Counted from the first letter of the stretch, positions 52,436 to 64,000 are shown. The stretch: 64,000 nt of DNA from Mobula hypostoma (GCF_963921235.1 NC_086097.1:102550001-102614000); one strand, 5' to 3'. Program-made: numbers and translations. Notes: generated by a model from the letters alone, not told the origin.

Positions 52436-53147
52436 GTAAGTAGTACCATTTTTTTGCACTATGCATCCAACACACATTGTTTAAGATAACTGCTCAACAG
52501 CTGTAGGAACAACCCTATTTTGCAACATGGCAGTGATTTAATAGAAATCAGTGATGCATGCCATGAAACAAAATTATCATAATATTTCTTGGCTGATCGG
52601 CCCCTTTGACAAATACCTAGTTACCTTTTGGTTTTCTGTGAGGAGAAATAGACATAAAGTGGTCACTAATGAATCCCAGGAAGAATTCTTCAAGATGCTG
52701 TGATGTACAGAATGAATTATCACAAGGAGTAAATGAGACAAGGAGACGCATTTAAGGAGAAGCTGGAGGGAGATGCATAAGGGTGTAAAGTTAAATGTAA
52801 TTTGCTAAATTATTAATGCATGTATGCATTTCTAAATGACAATAAAAGAGGACTGAGTGTTCTCATAATCTAAATGAAAAGCGGTGGGAGAATGAAAAAA
52901 GCACATGTAAACCAAACAGGCTGATTCATGATCTTATGGAGAACATGTTGTCAGTACTCAGATCAAGCAGCAGTTGAAGGAAGATGCAGATTGATATTTC
53001 AGATTGCTGACATTTGATATATGAATGAATTGCTGAGTAGTTACTACTATTGTAACAATAGCACTGATACAACTAATAAATTCTTTTAAATGTTTTTGGG
53101 CAATCTGAGGAGAGTATTACAATGTTTATTGCGAATTTTTCTTCCAG

Positions 53148-53271
53148 AATATTTTAGACAGTGTCTTGCAGTCACCTCTTCATGTTGAGATTCTTCACTC
53201 AAGTGTTGTATCCCATCAGGCATTTGCTTTGCGTCTTCTCTCCTGGCTCAGCCAGCTTATTGGTCGTTCGG
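53148..53271 (+). CDS. UBR1: UBR1 exon (~exon 8): NILDSVLQSPLHVEILHSSVVSHQAFALRLLSWLSQLIGRS, ending at a GC donor
   Basis: cttccAG acceptor. PLHVExLHS..HQxFALRL matches UBR1. 124 nt if the donor is G|GCAAGT. Confidence 0.88.
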
Positions 53272-53375
53272 GCAAGTACAAAACTTTGGCTGAATCTTTT
53301 TTTAAAAGAAAGGTGTTGCAATAATTATGGGTAATTTTAATCTTTACATAAGTTGGCATGTATGTATTCAGTGTA

Positions 53376-53576
53376 ACACACACAAAATGCTGAAAGAACT
53401 CAGCAGGCCAAAGAGCATCTGTGGAAAAAAGTACAGCTGACGAGTCCTGCTGAAGGATTTTGGCCCGAAGCGTCAACAGTACATTTTTCCACAGATGCTG
53501 CCTGGCCTGCTGAGTTCCTCCAGCATTTTGTCTGTGTTGCTCGGATTTCCAGCGTCTGCAGGTTTTCTCTTGTTTG
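53376..53576. mobile_element. Inverted PLE terminal-repeat unit with decayed hammerhead, ~105 nt downstream of exon 8
   Basis: 13-bp TSD TGTATTCAGTGTA (53363-53375 / 53577-53589) and long inverted arms. Confidence 0.85.
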
Positions 53577-53859
53577 TGTATTCAGTGTAGATTTTTATTA
53601 GAATATGCTGTTCAATCAACTAGACAACAGAATACTTTAAATCAGCTCATCTGCAATTAAACAGGGTGGTTAATTAATGATCTTACAGAAAAATGGGAAT
53701 GCTTAAAAACCAACAAAGAATACCTAACAAAGGAGTTCCTAACCTGGGGTCCACGGACGCCTCAGTTAATGGTAGGGGTTCATGACGTGAAAAAGATTGA
53801 GAACCCCTGGTCTAACAGAAAGTAGAGTGTGAAAGTAGATTATCAGGATAACCTAGAAA

Positions 53860-55310
53860 ATAGAACATAGAAAATCTACAGCACATTACAGGCCCTTTGT
53901 CCCACAACGTTGTGCCAACCATGTAACCTACTCCAGAAGCTGCCTAGAATTTCCCTACTACATAATCCTCTATTTTTCTAAGCTCCATGTACCTATCTAA
54001 GAATCTCTTAAAAGACACTATTTTTTCCGCCTCTACCTTCACTAGCAGTGCATTCCACACAACCCACCATTCTGTGGGCACGTGGCCAAGTGGTTAAGGC
54101 ACTGGACTAGCGACCTGAAGGTCGTGAGTTCAAGCCCCAGCCGAGGCAACGTGTTGTGTCCTTGAGCAAGGCACTTAACTACACATTGCTCTGCGACGAC
54201 ACTGGTGCCAAGCTGTATGGGTCCTAATGCCCTTCCCTTGAACAACATTGGTGTTGTGGAAAGGGGAGACTTGCAGCATGGGCAACTGCTGGTCTTCCAT
54301 ACAACCTTGCCCAGGCCTGCGCCCTGGAGAGTGAAGACTTTCCAGGTGCAGATCCATGGTCTCGCAAGACTAACGGATGCCTTTTATACCACTCTGTGGA
54401 AAAACTTACCTCAGACATACCCCCCGTACCTACTTCCAAGCACCTTAAAACTATGCCCCCTTTTGTTAGCCATTTCAGCCCTGGAAAAAAAGCCTCTGGC
54501 TATCTATACGATCAATGCCTCTCATCATCTTAAGCACCTCTATCAGGTCACCTCTCATCCTTCATCACTCCAAGGAGAAAAGGCCAAGTTCAGTCAACCT
54601 ATTCTCATAAGGCATGCTTTCCAATCCAGGCAACAGCCTTGTAAAACTCCTCTGCACTCTTTATAGCGTCCACATCCTTCCTGCAATGAAGTGATCAGAA
54701 CTGAACACAGTACTCCAGTAACTAAGGTCTTATATAACTGTAACATTACCTCACGGCTGATGAAAGCCAACACACCATACACCTTCTTAACAACACAGTC
54801 AACCTGCACAGCAGCTTTGAGTGTCCTCTGCACACGGACCCCAAGATCTCGCTGATTCTCCACGCTGCCAAGAGTCTTACCATTATTATTATATTCTGTC
54901 TTCAAATTTGACCTACCAAGGTGAGCCACTTCACACTTATCTGTGTTGAACTCCACCTGCCACTTCTCAGCCCAGTTCTGCATCCTATCAATGTGTCTTC
55001 AACACCTCCAGCTTTTGTATTATCAACAAACTTACAAAGCACCCTTCTACTTCCTTATCCAGGTCATTTATAAAAATCACAAAGAGGAGGGGTCTCAGAA
55101 CAGATCCCTTCAGAACACCACTGATCACCGTCCTCCATGCAGAATACGAACCATCCACAACCATCCTTTGCCTTCTGTGGTCAAGCCAATTCTGGATCCA
55201 CAAAGCAAGGTCTCCGTGGATCCCATGCCTCATTACTTTCTGAGGCTCACATTGGGAACCTTATCAAATGTTTTACTACATCCACTGCTGTACCTTCATC
55301 AATGTGTTTT
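53860..55310 (-). mobile_element. CR1-like LINE 3' portion, interrupted by a SINE
   Basis: [42 protein letters not shown]-type tail. Boundaries approximate. Confidence 0.85.
54078..54387 (+). mobile_element. Young tRNA-derived SINE with Pol III A and B boxes
   Basis: A box TGGCCAAGTGG, B box GAGTTCAAGCC, 12-bp TSD ACCA(T/C)TCTGTGG at 54066-54077 / 54388-54399. Confidence 0.85.
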
Positions 55311-56062
55311 GTTACATCTAGGAGAAAAAAAAACTACCAGCAAGAGTAGATAACAAATGGTAGCTCCATTAAATATTGGACGCTTTGAGAGCAAGACTGA
55401 ATAGATAATGGTAGAAAATAAGGAAATGGAGATTTTAAACAAATCCTATGTATCTGTCTTCATGGTGGAAGACTCTTCTTCCCGAATAAAATCAGGGTAA
55501 AAGGGAGGAATAAGAAAATTGGGCAAATTGTTATTAAGAAAGCTATAGGGATTACGGACTGTCAACCTCAGAAGTGGCTGCCACAATGATAGGTGCACTT
55601 GTGATTTTCCAAAGTTTCTTAATTCTGGAAAGATCAAACTGGAATGGAAAATTCCAAGTGTATCTCTTGAATAATGTTGAACCATTGTAAAGAAAGGTCA
55701 GTTTAGAACAAGTACAGAACATATTGGAAATACTGAACAGGCAGTATTTTTTAGAGGAAGAAACAGTTAACATATGATGGTCTTTCATCAGAACTGGGAA
55801 AAATTAGAAGCAATTTTTAAGTAGAGCAGAAGGGGCTAAGAGGTGGATTGGGAATGTGGGAAGAATGAAAGGGTAGGTCTATGATGGTGTGGAGAACTGG
55901 AGAGACAGTAAGTGATATCACAGGCCAGCAGAGCATGGTAAAGGTCCATGTGGAAATTGTGCAAGTATGAGTGCAACCTGAAATAGAAGTGTGGAAATAG
56001 ATGAAATATGATAGAGGGTCCTGTCAACTGTGGTAGAAGGGAAACCAAAATTCATTAAGGAA

Positions 56063-56186
56063 CACACACAAAATGCTGGAGGAACTCAGCAGGCCAGGCA
56101 GCATCTATGGGAAAAAAATACAATTGATATGTTGGGCCAAGTCCATGTGTTGCTTGGATTTCCAGCATCTGCAGATTCTGTTTGCG
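56063..56186. mobile_element. Inverted PLE terminal-repeat unit
   Basis: 12-bp TSD TTCAT(T/G)AAGGAA at 56051-56062 / 56187-56198. Confidence 0.75.
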
Positions 56187-56643
56187 TTCATGAAGGAAGG
56201 TATTTTAGAGGTACCTATGGGAAAGTCTCATATTTGGAGTAGATGGGCAGAAGAACTGAATGACCCCAGTGGAATCATTACAGGAGAAAGATGGGATTGT
56301 CAAATTAGATGTGGGAGAGTAAGCTTGTTTGTAATGGATATTTGATTGAGTGGGTTGGGCTTTTGTTCATCAGATTTGAGAAGAGTCAGACACATCTTAT
56401 TGAAACTTAAGTTTCTAAAAGGACTTAGTTGATATGAAGAGGAAGTTTTCTCCATTCAAGAGGGAATCTGGGACTGGGGCAAAGCTTCAGAATAAGAGAT
56501 CACCCATTTAGGAAAAGAGGATGAGGAGGATTTTCTCCTCTCAAAGGATCTGTGAATCTTTGGAGATTTTTACCATAGATGTGGGGCTGAAGTCGAAGTC
56601 AGATCACTTACCATTTTATTCAGTGGTGGAACATGCTCAAGAG

Positions 56644-57849
56644 CAGGGGTCCCCAACCTTTTTTGCACTGCGGACCGGTTTCATATTGACAATATTCTTG
56701 CGGTCCTGCGGGGGGAGTTGGGGGGGGGGTAGGGTTGCCAACGGACGAGAGTAGAGCCAAATACGTTGTTTACACAAAGAGACTACAGTGACCATGAAGC
56801 CTTGCGCGGGCACCAGTGCGCATGCGTGCTTTGCGTATGCGTGTACGTGCCGATGTTTTCCACAAATCATTTCTGTCCATTCTGTTCGGTTGGGGGGTGA
56901 GTGTTAATCACGACTGGAATATAGGTGATAAGTGGCTAATACACTCAATTACGTTTCTAAAAGGGTTTATCTAACGAATTTAATATTAAACGCAGCACAT
57001 ATTTTACTCGTGTGAATACAGTAATAAGTCAATTATCGGGGAGGACGGGAGCTTGAAGTAAGTGTTGAACAAACTTCCAGTAGAAGTGGTAGAAGCAGGT
57101 TCGATATTATTTAAAGTTAAATTGGATAGGAATATAGACAGGAAAGGAATGGGGGTTATGGGCTGAGTGCAGGTCGGTGGGACTTGGTGAGAGTAGCATT
57201 CGGCACGGACTAGAAGGGCAGAGATGGCCTGTTTCTGTGCTGTAATTATTATATGGTTATATAAGTAAGTCAATAGCATCATAACATTTTAAGTAACTTT
57301 TGGATATTAAACACACAGGACATATTTTCCCTGTATGAACATATAAAATCATTGCAACGCACTAATATCGCTGAATCAGTGGGAGCCCTGGGCTTGTTTC
57401 CCTGCAACAAGATGGTCCTATCGAGGGGTGATGGGAGACGGCGATACTCGAAGGGGGTTCCTTATGTCCAGTCTATTCCGCAATTAGTTTTCCTTGCATT
57501 CATTGCAGAGATATGTTGGAAATGGAAGCAACATTTTCAGTGCTTTTGTGGCTATCTCAGAATATTTAGCCTTGACTTTGATTCAGAATGCCGGCAGAGA
57601 TGTTATGTCAAACATACTTTTCAGCCCGCCGTCATTTGCAAGCTCGAGGAGTTGATCTTCTTCCCGCGCTGACATGGATGACGTGCGGGTAATGACCTCG
57701 TGTGTGTAATGGCTCAACAGTGGGCGTGACTGGGAATGAGGAAAGGTGCAGCTGACTCGTATCACTAAATCATATCGTTTCCTCGCGGCCCAGTAGCGCA
57801 TGCTTTGCGGCCCGGTACTGGTCCGTGGCCCAGTGGTTGGGGACCGCTG
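56644..57849 (-). mobile_element. hAT-Charlie non-autonomous element with a transposase dimerisation-domain remnant; contains a CR1 3' fragment at ~57045-57262
   Basis: CAGGGGTCCCCAACC ... GGTTGGGGACCGCTG, 8-bp TSD CTCAAG(A/G)G, and SAREEDQLLELANDGGLKSMF on the minus strand. Confidence 0.88.
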
Positions 57850-58812
57850 CTCAAGGGTATCAGGATGAAGGGTCTCAGCCTGATACGTTGATGGTACTCT
57901 TTTCTATAAATGCTACCTGGCCTGATGAGTTCCTCCAACACTTTGTGTGTTGTGTCTGTTGTCTTCAAACGCTTGCAAGTTTCCATGACCTTTATAATGA
58001 CATGTGTGAAAGAGATTTGCAAACTTGTATTTCTATTAATACTGTCTCTTAGACCATCACTGGTGATCAATAGTTTAGGCCCAACATAATGCACTGCCAG
58101 ACTGACATGAATATCTTAAGAAATGTCTGCCTATTTCTGTTAATAAATAGCTTCAGCCTGAAATTTTGTGATAAGTTAGGTACTCAAAGTTGCACCCAGT
58201 CCAAAATCTTTTATCTGGCTGTGTGAAACTTTATTGGGGTATATATTATCCACTAATCTATTTATTTTTTTTTAATTTTATTTTTATTTGGATAAGGAAT
58301 TCACAATTATCATGTACTTTTTTCACACATATAACCTTTTCCATTTTTTATATGTATAAAACTACAATTATTTATACATTCTTAAGTACACATTGAGATG
58401 ATATAAAAGGAAAATAAACATTTAAATAGATAATTATGTACTGTGGTAAATCTAACCTATTAGGCTAAGTAATGAAATTAGTTGTTAAGAAAAATGGTAA
58501 TAATAGTTTCCATACAACCCTTCTGGACCATTTCCACTGGTCCAAAATGTTGCATACAAGCCTATATACCAACCATTGTAGGTGTTTATATCCCAATTTG
58601 TTCGTGCTTGTTCCTGCCCGCAGACATAATTATCCAATCCCTATGTACTTATTTACTTAATTTTTTCATTTTTTTTTTATCCCTTTCCCAAATCTTTCCC
58701 TTTACTTTGTTAATTCTCTATTTTCCAAAAAAAACAAACATTTAGACTAGGGGTGCTTACGTTAGCAATATTACTGTGTTGATGAGAAGAGCAATATAAA
58801 TCATTAGGAGAG

Positions 58813-61800
58813 TCATCTAAAGTCTGCTCGCATTGGGGTTATATATTCAATCCATTTATTCCAGATTTGATAAAATTTTTCTTTTTGAGTTCTCAGGGAG
58901 TAAGTCAACTTTTCCATTTTAAATATTTCCAAGATAATTTCATACCAATCTTCTAATGTAGGTGGTATTGGATTTAGCCATTTTCTAGTGATTGATTTCT
59001 TACTTGCCGCTAAGAGGGCCTGCAACAACTTTATATCTTCCTTCTGTTCAAGGAACAATACATGCCCCAAATAGAGCGTCTCAAAGTTCAGAGGTATCTG
59101 GGACCTAAGTACCTTAACTAATGTTCTATGAATACCTTCCCAAAATAGACTTAATTTAGGGCAATCCCAGAAAATATGAAAATGATTTGCCTCCTTGGAG
59201 TCGCACCTTCTCCAACACATCACATTTGTATCTTTATATTTTTCCTGATATGGGGTCTTGAAGTATCTTATAATGTTTTTCCAACAATGTTCTCTCCAAG
59301 TCAAAGAATTAGTCGAGGACCATTGAAAGCTGCAGATTTCCCCCCAAGCCTCCTCTGAAAGTACCAACCCCGCTTCTTTCTCCCACTTCTCTTTAATATA
59401 CAGTGTATTTACATTTTTAGCATGGGAGAGTGCATTATATGGGCGAGAAACTGATTTACTAGGTATTGAACTGCAAGCCAAATTCAGAATCTTGAAAAAT
59501 TCTAATTCTACTGTTGATAGGTCTGTATATCTACAACTCTGGTTAACATAGTTTCGTATTTGAAGGTACCTAAAAAAGTCATTATGTTCTAGGCCATGTT
59601 TGTCCTGCAGGATTTGGAAACTTTGTAATACTCTTTTATCTATAAATGAGAGGTAGGTTGTAAGACCTTTCTTTATCCATAGCTCAAATCTTTTATCTCC
59701 TCTGTTGGGAAGGAATTCGGTATCATATGCACACCATCTAAAGAGTTTTAACATGTTATTAATTCCACATGAATTAACCACCTTCTGCCATACTTTTAAT
59801 GTAAGATTTATCCAAGCATTATTAAATCTTTCCAACTGGGCCATCAATCCTTTGTCAGCTATTGAGGCCTGAAGAGGAAAACTGTTAACTAATCCAAATT
59901 CTATTTCCTTCCATCTAGCCTTATATTCCCTATTACACCAATATAACAGAGGGGTTATCTGTGAGGCATAAAAATAATTTCTCAGGCAAGGAAGAACCAT
60001 ACCTCCTCCTTCCTTCCCTAACTGTAAGGTGTTATATCGAATTCTAGGTTTCCTTCCTTGCCAAATGAAGCGGGAAATCCATTTGTCCCATTCCCTGAAT
60101 TGATTATCATCCACCTCCACTGGTAAAGTACAGAAAAGATATAATAACCGAGGAAGAATATTCATTTTTATAGTATTTATCCTTGAATTTAAACTTAAAA
60201 AGGGGATAAGATTCCATCTATGCATATCTGCTTTTATCTCTGAGATTAATGGCCCATAATTTACCTGTGACAGTGTTGAAAGATCCTTTGGCAGGGTTAT
60301 TCCTAAATATTTTAATGATTTAGCTTCCCACTTAAGATCGTATGTATCCTGCAATTTTTTGGATGGTGTATAATTTAGGGACATAACCTGCGTTTTCTTT
60401 ACATTTATTTTATAACCTGATATTTTCCCAAAGTCATCCAACAGTGTAAACAATCCTATAAATGATTTTTCTGGTTCACTCAGATAGACCAAACATCATC
60501 TGCGAATAACGCCACTTTCTGTTCAATCCCTGCCACCTTGATACCTTTTACGATTTCGCTCTGTCTTATTAGTTGGGCAAGCGGTTCAATATATAGCGCA
60601 AAAAGGAGAGGAGAAATTGGGCATCCCTGTCTAGTGCCTCTCTCTAAAATGAAGGAGTCAGAGAGGTCCCCATTTATCTTAATTCGGGCTGTAGGGCTGT
60701 CATATAGAGTCTGAATTACTTTAATAAACCTTTCTTGAAAGCCGAATCTTCCTAACACTCTGTATAGGAATGCCCAACTAACCGAATCAAAAGCTTTCTC
60801 AGCGTCCAATCCTACTACCATTGTCTCTGTCTCGTTCTTATTAACCTGTTCTAATATGTGCAGAGTTCTCCTTATGTTGTCCTGTGTTTGTCTTTGTTGA
60901 ATAAATCCAGTCTGGTCTAAATGGATTAGGCCAGGTAAAAGCTTTTCCAATCTGCGCGCTAATATAGATGTAAATAGTTTGTAATCTAAATTAAGAACAC
61001 TATTGGCCGATAATTGCCACATTCTAGTTTATCTTTACCCTCTTTAGGAATAACTGAAATAATCGCTTCTCTCCAGGAAGGTGGAGTTTCTCCTCTCTGC
61101 AAGATCCAATTAAAGGTGTTAAGTAGTAATGGGGCTAACTGTGTCTTCAGGGACTTGTACCACTCTGAGGTAAACCCATCAGAGCCCGGGGACTTTCCAG
61201 CCTTTAACCTAGAGATGGCCACGTTCAGTTCTTTGACAGTTACTGGTTCTAATAAACTTTCATTTTGTAAATCTGTAAGTTTAGGTAGATCTAAAAAATT
61301 CAATACACTGTCTATATAGGGCTCATTGGGGTCCGGGGTTAGGAGTACAGCTCTCGATAATATGTTTCAAAACTCTCTTGAATTTTCCCTATTGTACTCT
61401 CCACAAGCTTTGTCTTTGGACTCTTTATTTTATGAATTGTATTGTCTGCTTGTTGTTTTCGTAATTTATATGCTAATAATCTAGCTGATTTACCTCCTAC
61501 TTCATAATTCTTTTGTCTCAGGTAAAGAAAATTTCTTTGAGTTTCCAACGTATAAATATCATCAATTTCACTTTGCAATTTCCTAATTTCCTGTTTTCGA
61601 TTTGAATTATTTTTGTTGCTATCTACAACTTGAAGTTGTTTTAATTTTCCTTGAAGGTCTGCTAATTTTTGTGCATTGATTTTTTTCATGTGAGTAGTAA
61701 TGGAAATAATTTTCCCTCTCAGTACAGCTTTCAATGTATCCCATAAAATCACTGGTGATGTTTCTCCCGTGTCATTAAGGTCTAGATATTCTTTGATTTC

Positions 61801-62598
61801 TCCCCTTAATCTCTCCATTACTTTTGGGTTATTGAGTATATGTGAGTTTAGCCTCCATAGTGTTTTCCTCATTTTCCTTTCCAGGATTAGAGACATAGAG
61901 ACTGGGCTATGATCCGACAGATCAATTGTTGCAATATTACAGTTTTTTATCCTGAGTCTATCTGTATTAAAGATAAAGAAATAGTCTATCCTTGAATAGG
62001 CTGAATGAGGGAAAGAGTAATATGTATAATCTTTACTAGTAGGGTGTAATTCCCTCCAGACATCTATAATTCCCAACTCCTCCATCAATGAATTCACTTT
62101 CCGAGTCAGAGGTTTATTCTGAGTAACTATTCTTGAAGAATCTAATATAGGATTTAATCTAATATTAAAATCCCCTCCACAAATTACTACCCCTCGAGAA
62201 CTGACCATTAGGTCAAAAATGTGTCTATAAAATGACCATTCACTACCTGGAGGAGCATAAACATTCAGCAATGTTATTTCTGTACCTTCTATTCTTCCTG
62301 TGATTTTTACAAACCGTCCTTCTTTGTCTCTAGTCTCTGAAATATGTTCATAATTAAGAGTACTTGATATTAAAGTAGCTACCCCTCTTTTGTGACTCAA
62401 TTTATATGATGAATAAAATACATGCTTAAAGCCCATTCTTTTTAATTTTCCATGTTCAGATTGGCTCATATGTGTTTCCTGGAGGAAAGCTATTTGTGCC
62501 CTCTCTTTTTTCAATTTAGACATAATCTTATTTCTTTTAATTGGATTCAAAACCCCATTAACATTATAGGAAATTATTTTTACCAATTCAGTTTGCAT
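58813..62598 (-). pseudogene. L1 ORF2p (APE endonuclease, RT, C-terminal Cys/His region) with three frameshifts and one stop
   Basis: [68 protein letters not shown]. Confidence 0.92.
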
Positions 62599-63044
62599 TT
62601 TTCTCCAGTAGAAAAAAAGCACTCTCCTTTTCTAACCAAACAGTAAGCAATCCCTTCTCAACAGTAAACCAAGACATATAACCACACCCTAGACATTTCT
62701 GAACGTATAACATTTGAAAATTTTTCCCGACTTCCCACAGTGAGGCCTGAGCTCCGACCCGCCTCAGTTCAGAGGGATAACCTCTATCTTCACCCTGTGT
62801 TAGAGGGCCCTCAGCAGTTTGAATAATCATAGAGAATTTTCTCCTATTTATGTCTCGACCATATTGCTATCATTCAAGTTATTCCGCCTAGTTTATTTTC
62901 AGTTACCAGTTTTCATTTTACTTTTAAGTCCAATTTACTCTTTTCAGTCAATTCTCTTAATTAATCTGTATTCTCTGTACATTCGCGTCTGAATATTTGC
63001 AGCTTTTCCTTGTAGTTTGACACTCTGGTTCGAGTGGAGAGTCC

Positions 63045-63938
63045 TCACCCCACTAACTGCCACGACTTCTGCCGAATCCTCTCCAGTAGCGACTCCGGTT
63101 GGGTGATAGCTTTAATAGGTAGTCCCCGGTCCGCCAGGTCCAACGTTGCCTCTTCCACCGTAGCGTAAGTTTTTGTCCCTTCGTCGTAAAAGACTCTCAG
63201 CCGAGCTGGATACAGGGTCTGGAATCTGATGTTGTTTTCCTTCAGGACTCTCCGTGTTTCCGTATATTCTTTCCATCTGGCAAGAATCCCCGGTGCGTAG
63301 TCGTGGTCTAAACTGATTTTGCAGTTGTTCCACATGAAACCTTTCTTTTGCCATGCTCTTTTAAGCACCTCTTCCTTCGTTCTGTAACTGAGAAATCTGA
63401 TCAGAATCGATCTGGGCTGGGCGCCTGCCGGAGGCTGTGGTGCCAACGCGCGGTGAGCCCTTTCTATCTGTAGGTCTTTTGCAGCCGGTATATCAAGGTT
63501 CTCTCTGAGCAGCCTCTCCACGAAGGGAATCATCAATCCGGGTTTTCCTTCGGGAACTCCGTAGATCCTCACATTTTCCCTTCTCGAGCGGCCTTCCCGA
63601 TCCACCAGCTTCCACTGGAGCTGGTCTTGTAGCTTCAGCATTTCTGCTATCACTTCCTCGGCGTTCCGTAGCTTCTCCTCAATACCAACAATCCTCGCTT
63701 CGGCTTCATCTATCTGCGAGTTAGTTTTTACTATTTCTCCTTTAATATCTTCCAGCTGTTTGCTGTTATCTTGTCGGAACTCGCAAATCTCTCCGAGAAT
63801 CAAAGACAGAGTCACCGATTCCCCCTCATTATCTCCGTCCTGGCTTGCCATGGGGGAGCTAGGCCCGTTGCCTTGCTGCATCTCTTTATGTTTATCAGCC
63901 TTCGAAGCGGACTTTTTATTCTTGTTCTTAGACATCAT
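63045..63938 (-). CDS. L1 ORF1p (coiled coil + RRM + CTD), open, 297 aa
   Basis: RSRRENVRIYGVPEG, IERAHR, PRSILIRF and YPARLRV motifs. Confidence 0.9.
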   Translation of the reverse strand: MMSKNKNKKSASKADKHKEMQQGNGPSSPMASQDGDNEGESVTLSLILGEICEFRQDNSKQLEDIKGEIVKTNSQIDEAEARIVGIEEKLRNAEEVIAEMLKLQDQLQWKLVDREGRSRRENVRIYGVPEGKPGLMIPFVERLLRENLDIPAAKDLQIERAHRALAPQPPAGAQPRSILIRFLSYRTKEEVLKRAWQKKGFMWNNCKISLDHDYAPGILARWKEYTETRRVLKENNIRFQTLYPARLRVFYDEGTKTYATVEEATLDLADRGLPIKAITQPESLLERIRQKSWQLVG

Positions 63939-64000
63939 CTTTGCCCCTTTTATTAATATAGTTATGCAATATTAAGTATTCGTCTAAATTCGATTTTGGG

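Larger units (their letters stand above)
58259..64000 (-). mobile_element. Near full-length L1-clade LINE, antisense in UBR1 intron 8 (5' end beyond the window)
   Basis: ORF1, an inter-ORF spacer, ORF2 (APE-RT-CCHC), 3'UTR and A-rich tail. Confidence 0.95.

Noticed and set aside
6036..53271. Assignment to UBR2, or to a pseudogene
   Set aside because: Diagnostic motifs (CAID, CMDCFQ.SVH, QRALDC, GRRAVK, PLHVE) fit UBR1 better. All exons are open and phase-compatible. A phylogeny would be the definitive test.
54078..54150. tRNA gene
   Set aside because: Has A/B boxes but no convincing cloverleaf/acceptor stem, and continues into a SINE body flanked by a TSD.
42824..58745. Duplicated identical 62-aa ORFs (42824-43012 and 58472-58660) as a small gene family
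   Set aside because: They are antisense readings of the L1 3'UTR in two copies of the same element.
1..64000. CRISPR array or prokaryotic operon/defence system
   Set aside because: No regularly spaced repeat-spacer array or operon-like gene density; the sequence is spliceosomal-intron vertebrate DNA.

Overview
Vertebrate genomic DNA. The repeat landscape (abundant CR1, Penelope-like, Rex1/Babar, V-SINE and Tigger elements) suggests a cartilaginous fish, probably a ray; this is an inference. The window is almost all intron. It carries six phase-compatible + strand coding exons of an N-degron E3 ubiquitin ligase, most likely UBR1 (equivalent to human exons 3-8): 6036-6114, 11281-11388, 33209-33339, 49046-49184, 52373-52435 and 53148-53271. 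These encode most of the UBR box and the ClpS-like N domain. The introns are packed with nested transposons: Penelope-like elements (PLEs), a near-intact antisense L1, RTE, CR1, Rex1-like LINEs, Tigger/pogo, hAT and Harbinger elements, two solo LTRs and tRNA-derived SINEs. Four observations stand out. (1) A dispersed family of PLE terminal repeats carries a minimal, probably dimer-dependent hammerhead ribozyme; it appears to move as 110-200 bp units with 12-14 bp TSDs, and their breakpoints cluster at the ribozyme. (2) The UBR1 ClpS-like pocket is remodelled (NDExH -> NDKQP) and the UBR box has DPT -> DLT. (3) One intron has a GC donor. (4) Young inverted repeat pairs bracket exon 5. Comparisons with human, mouse and yeast proteins are from memory, not from a database search.
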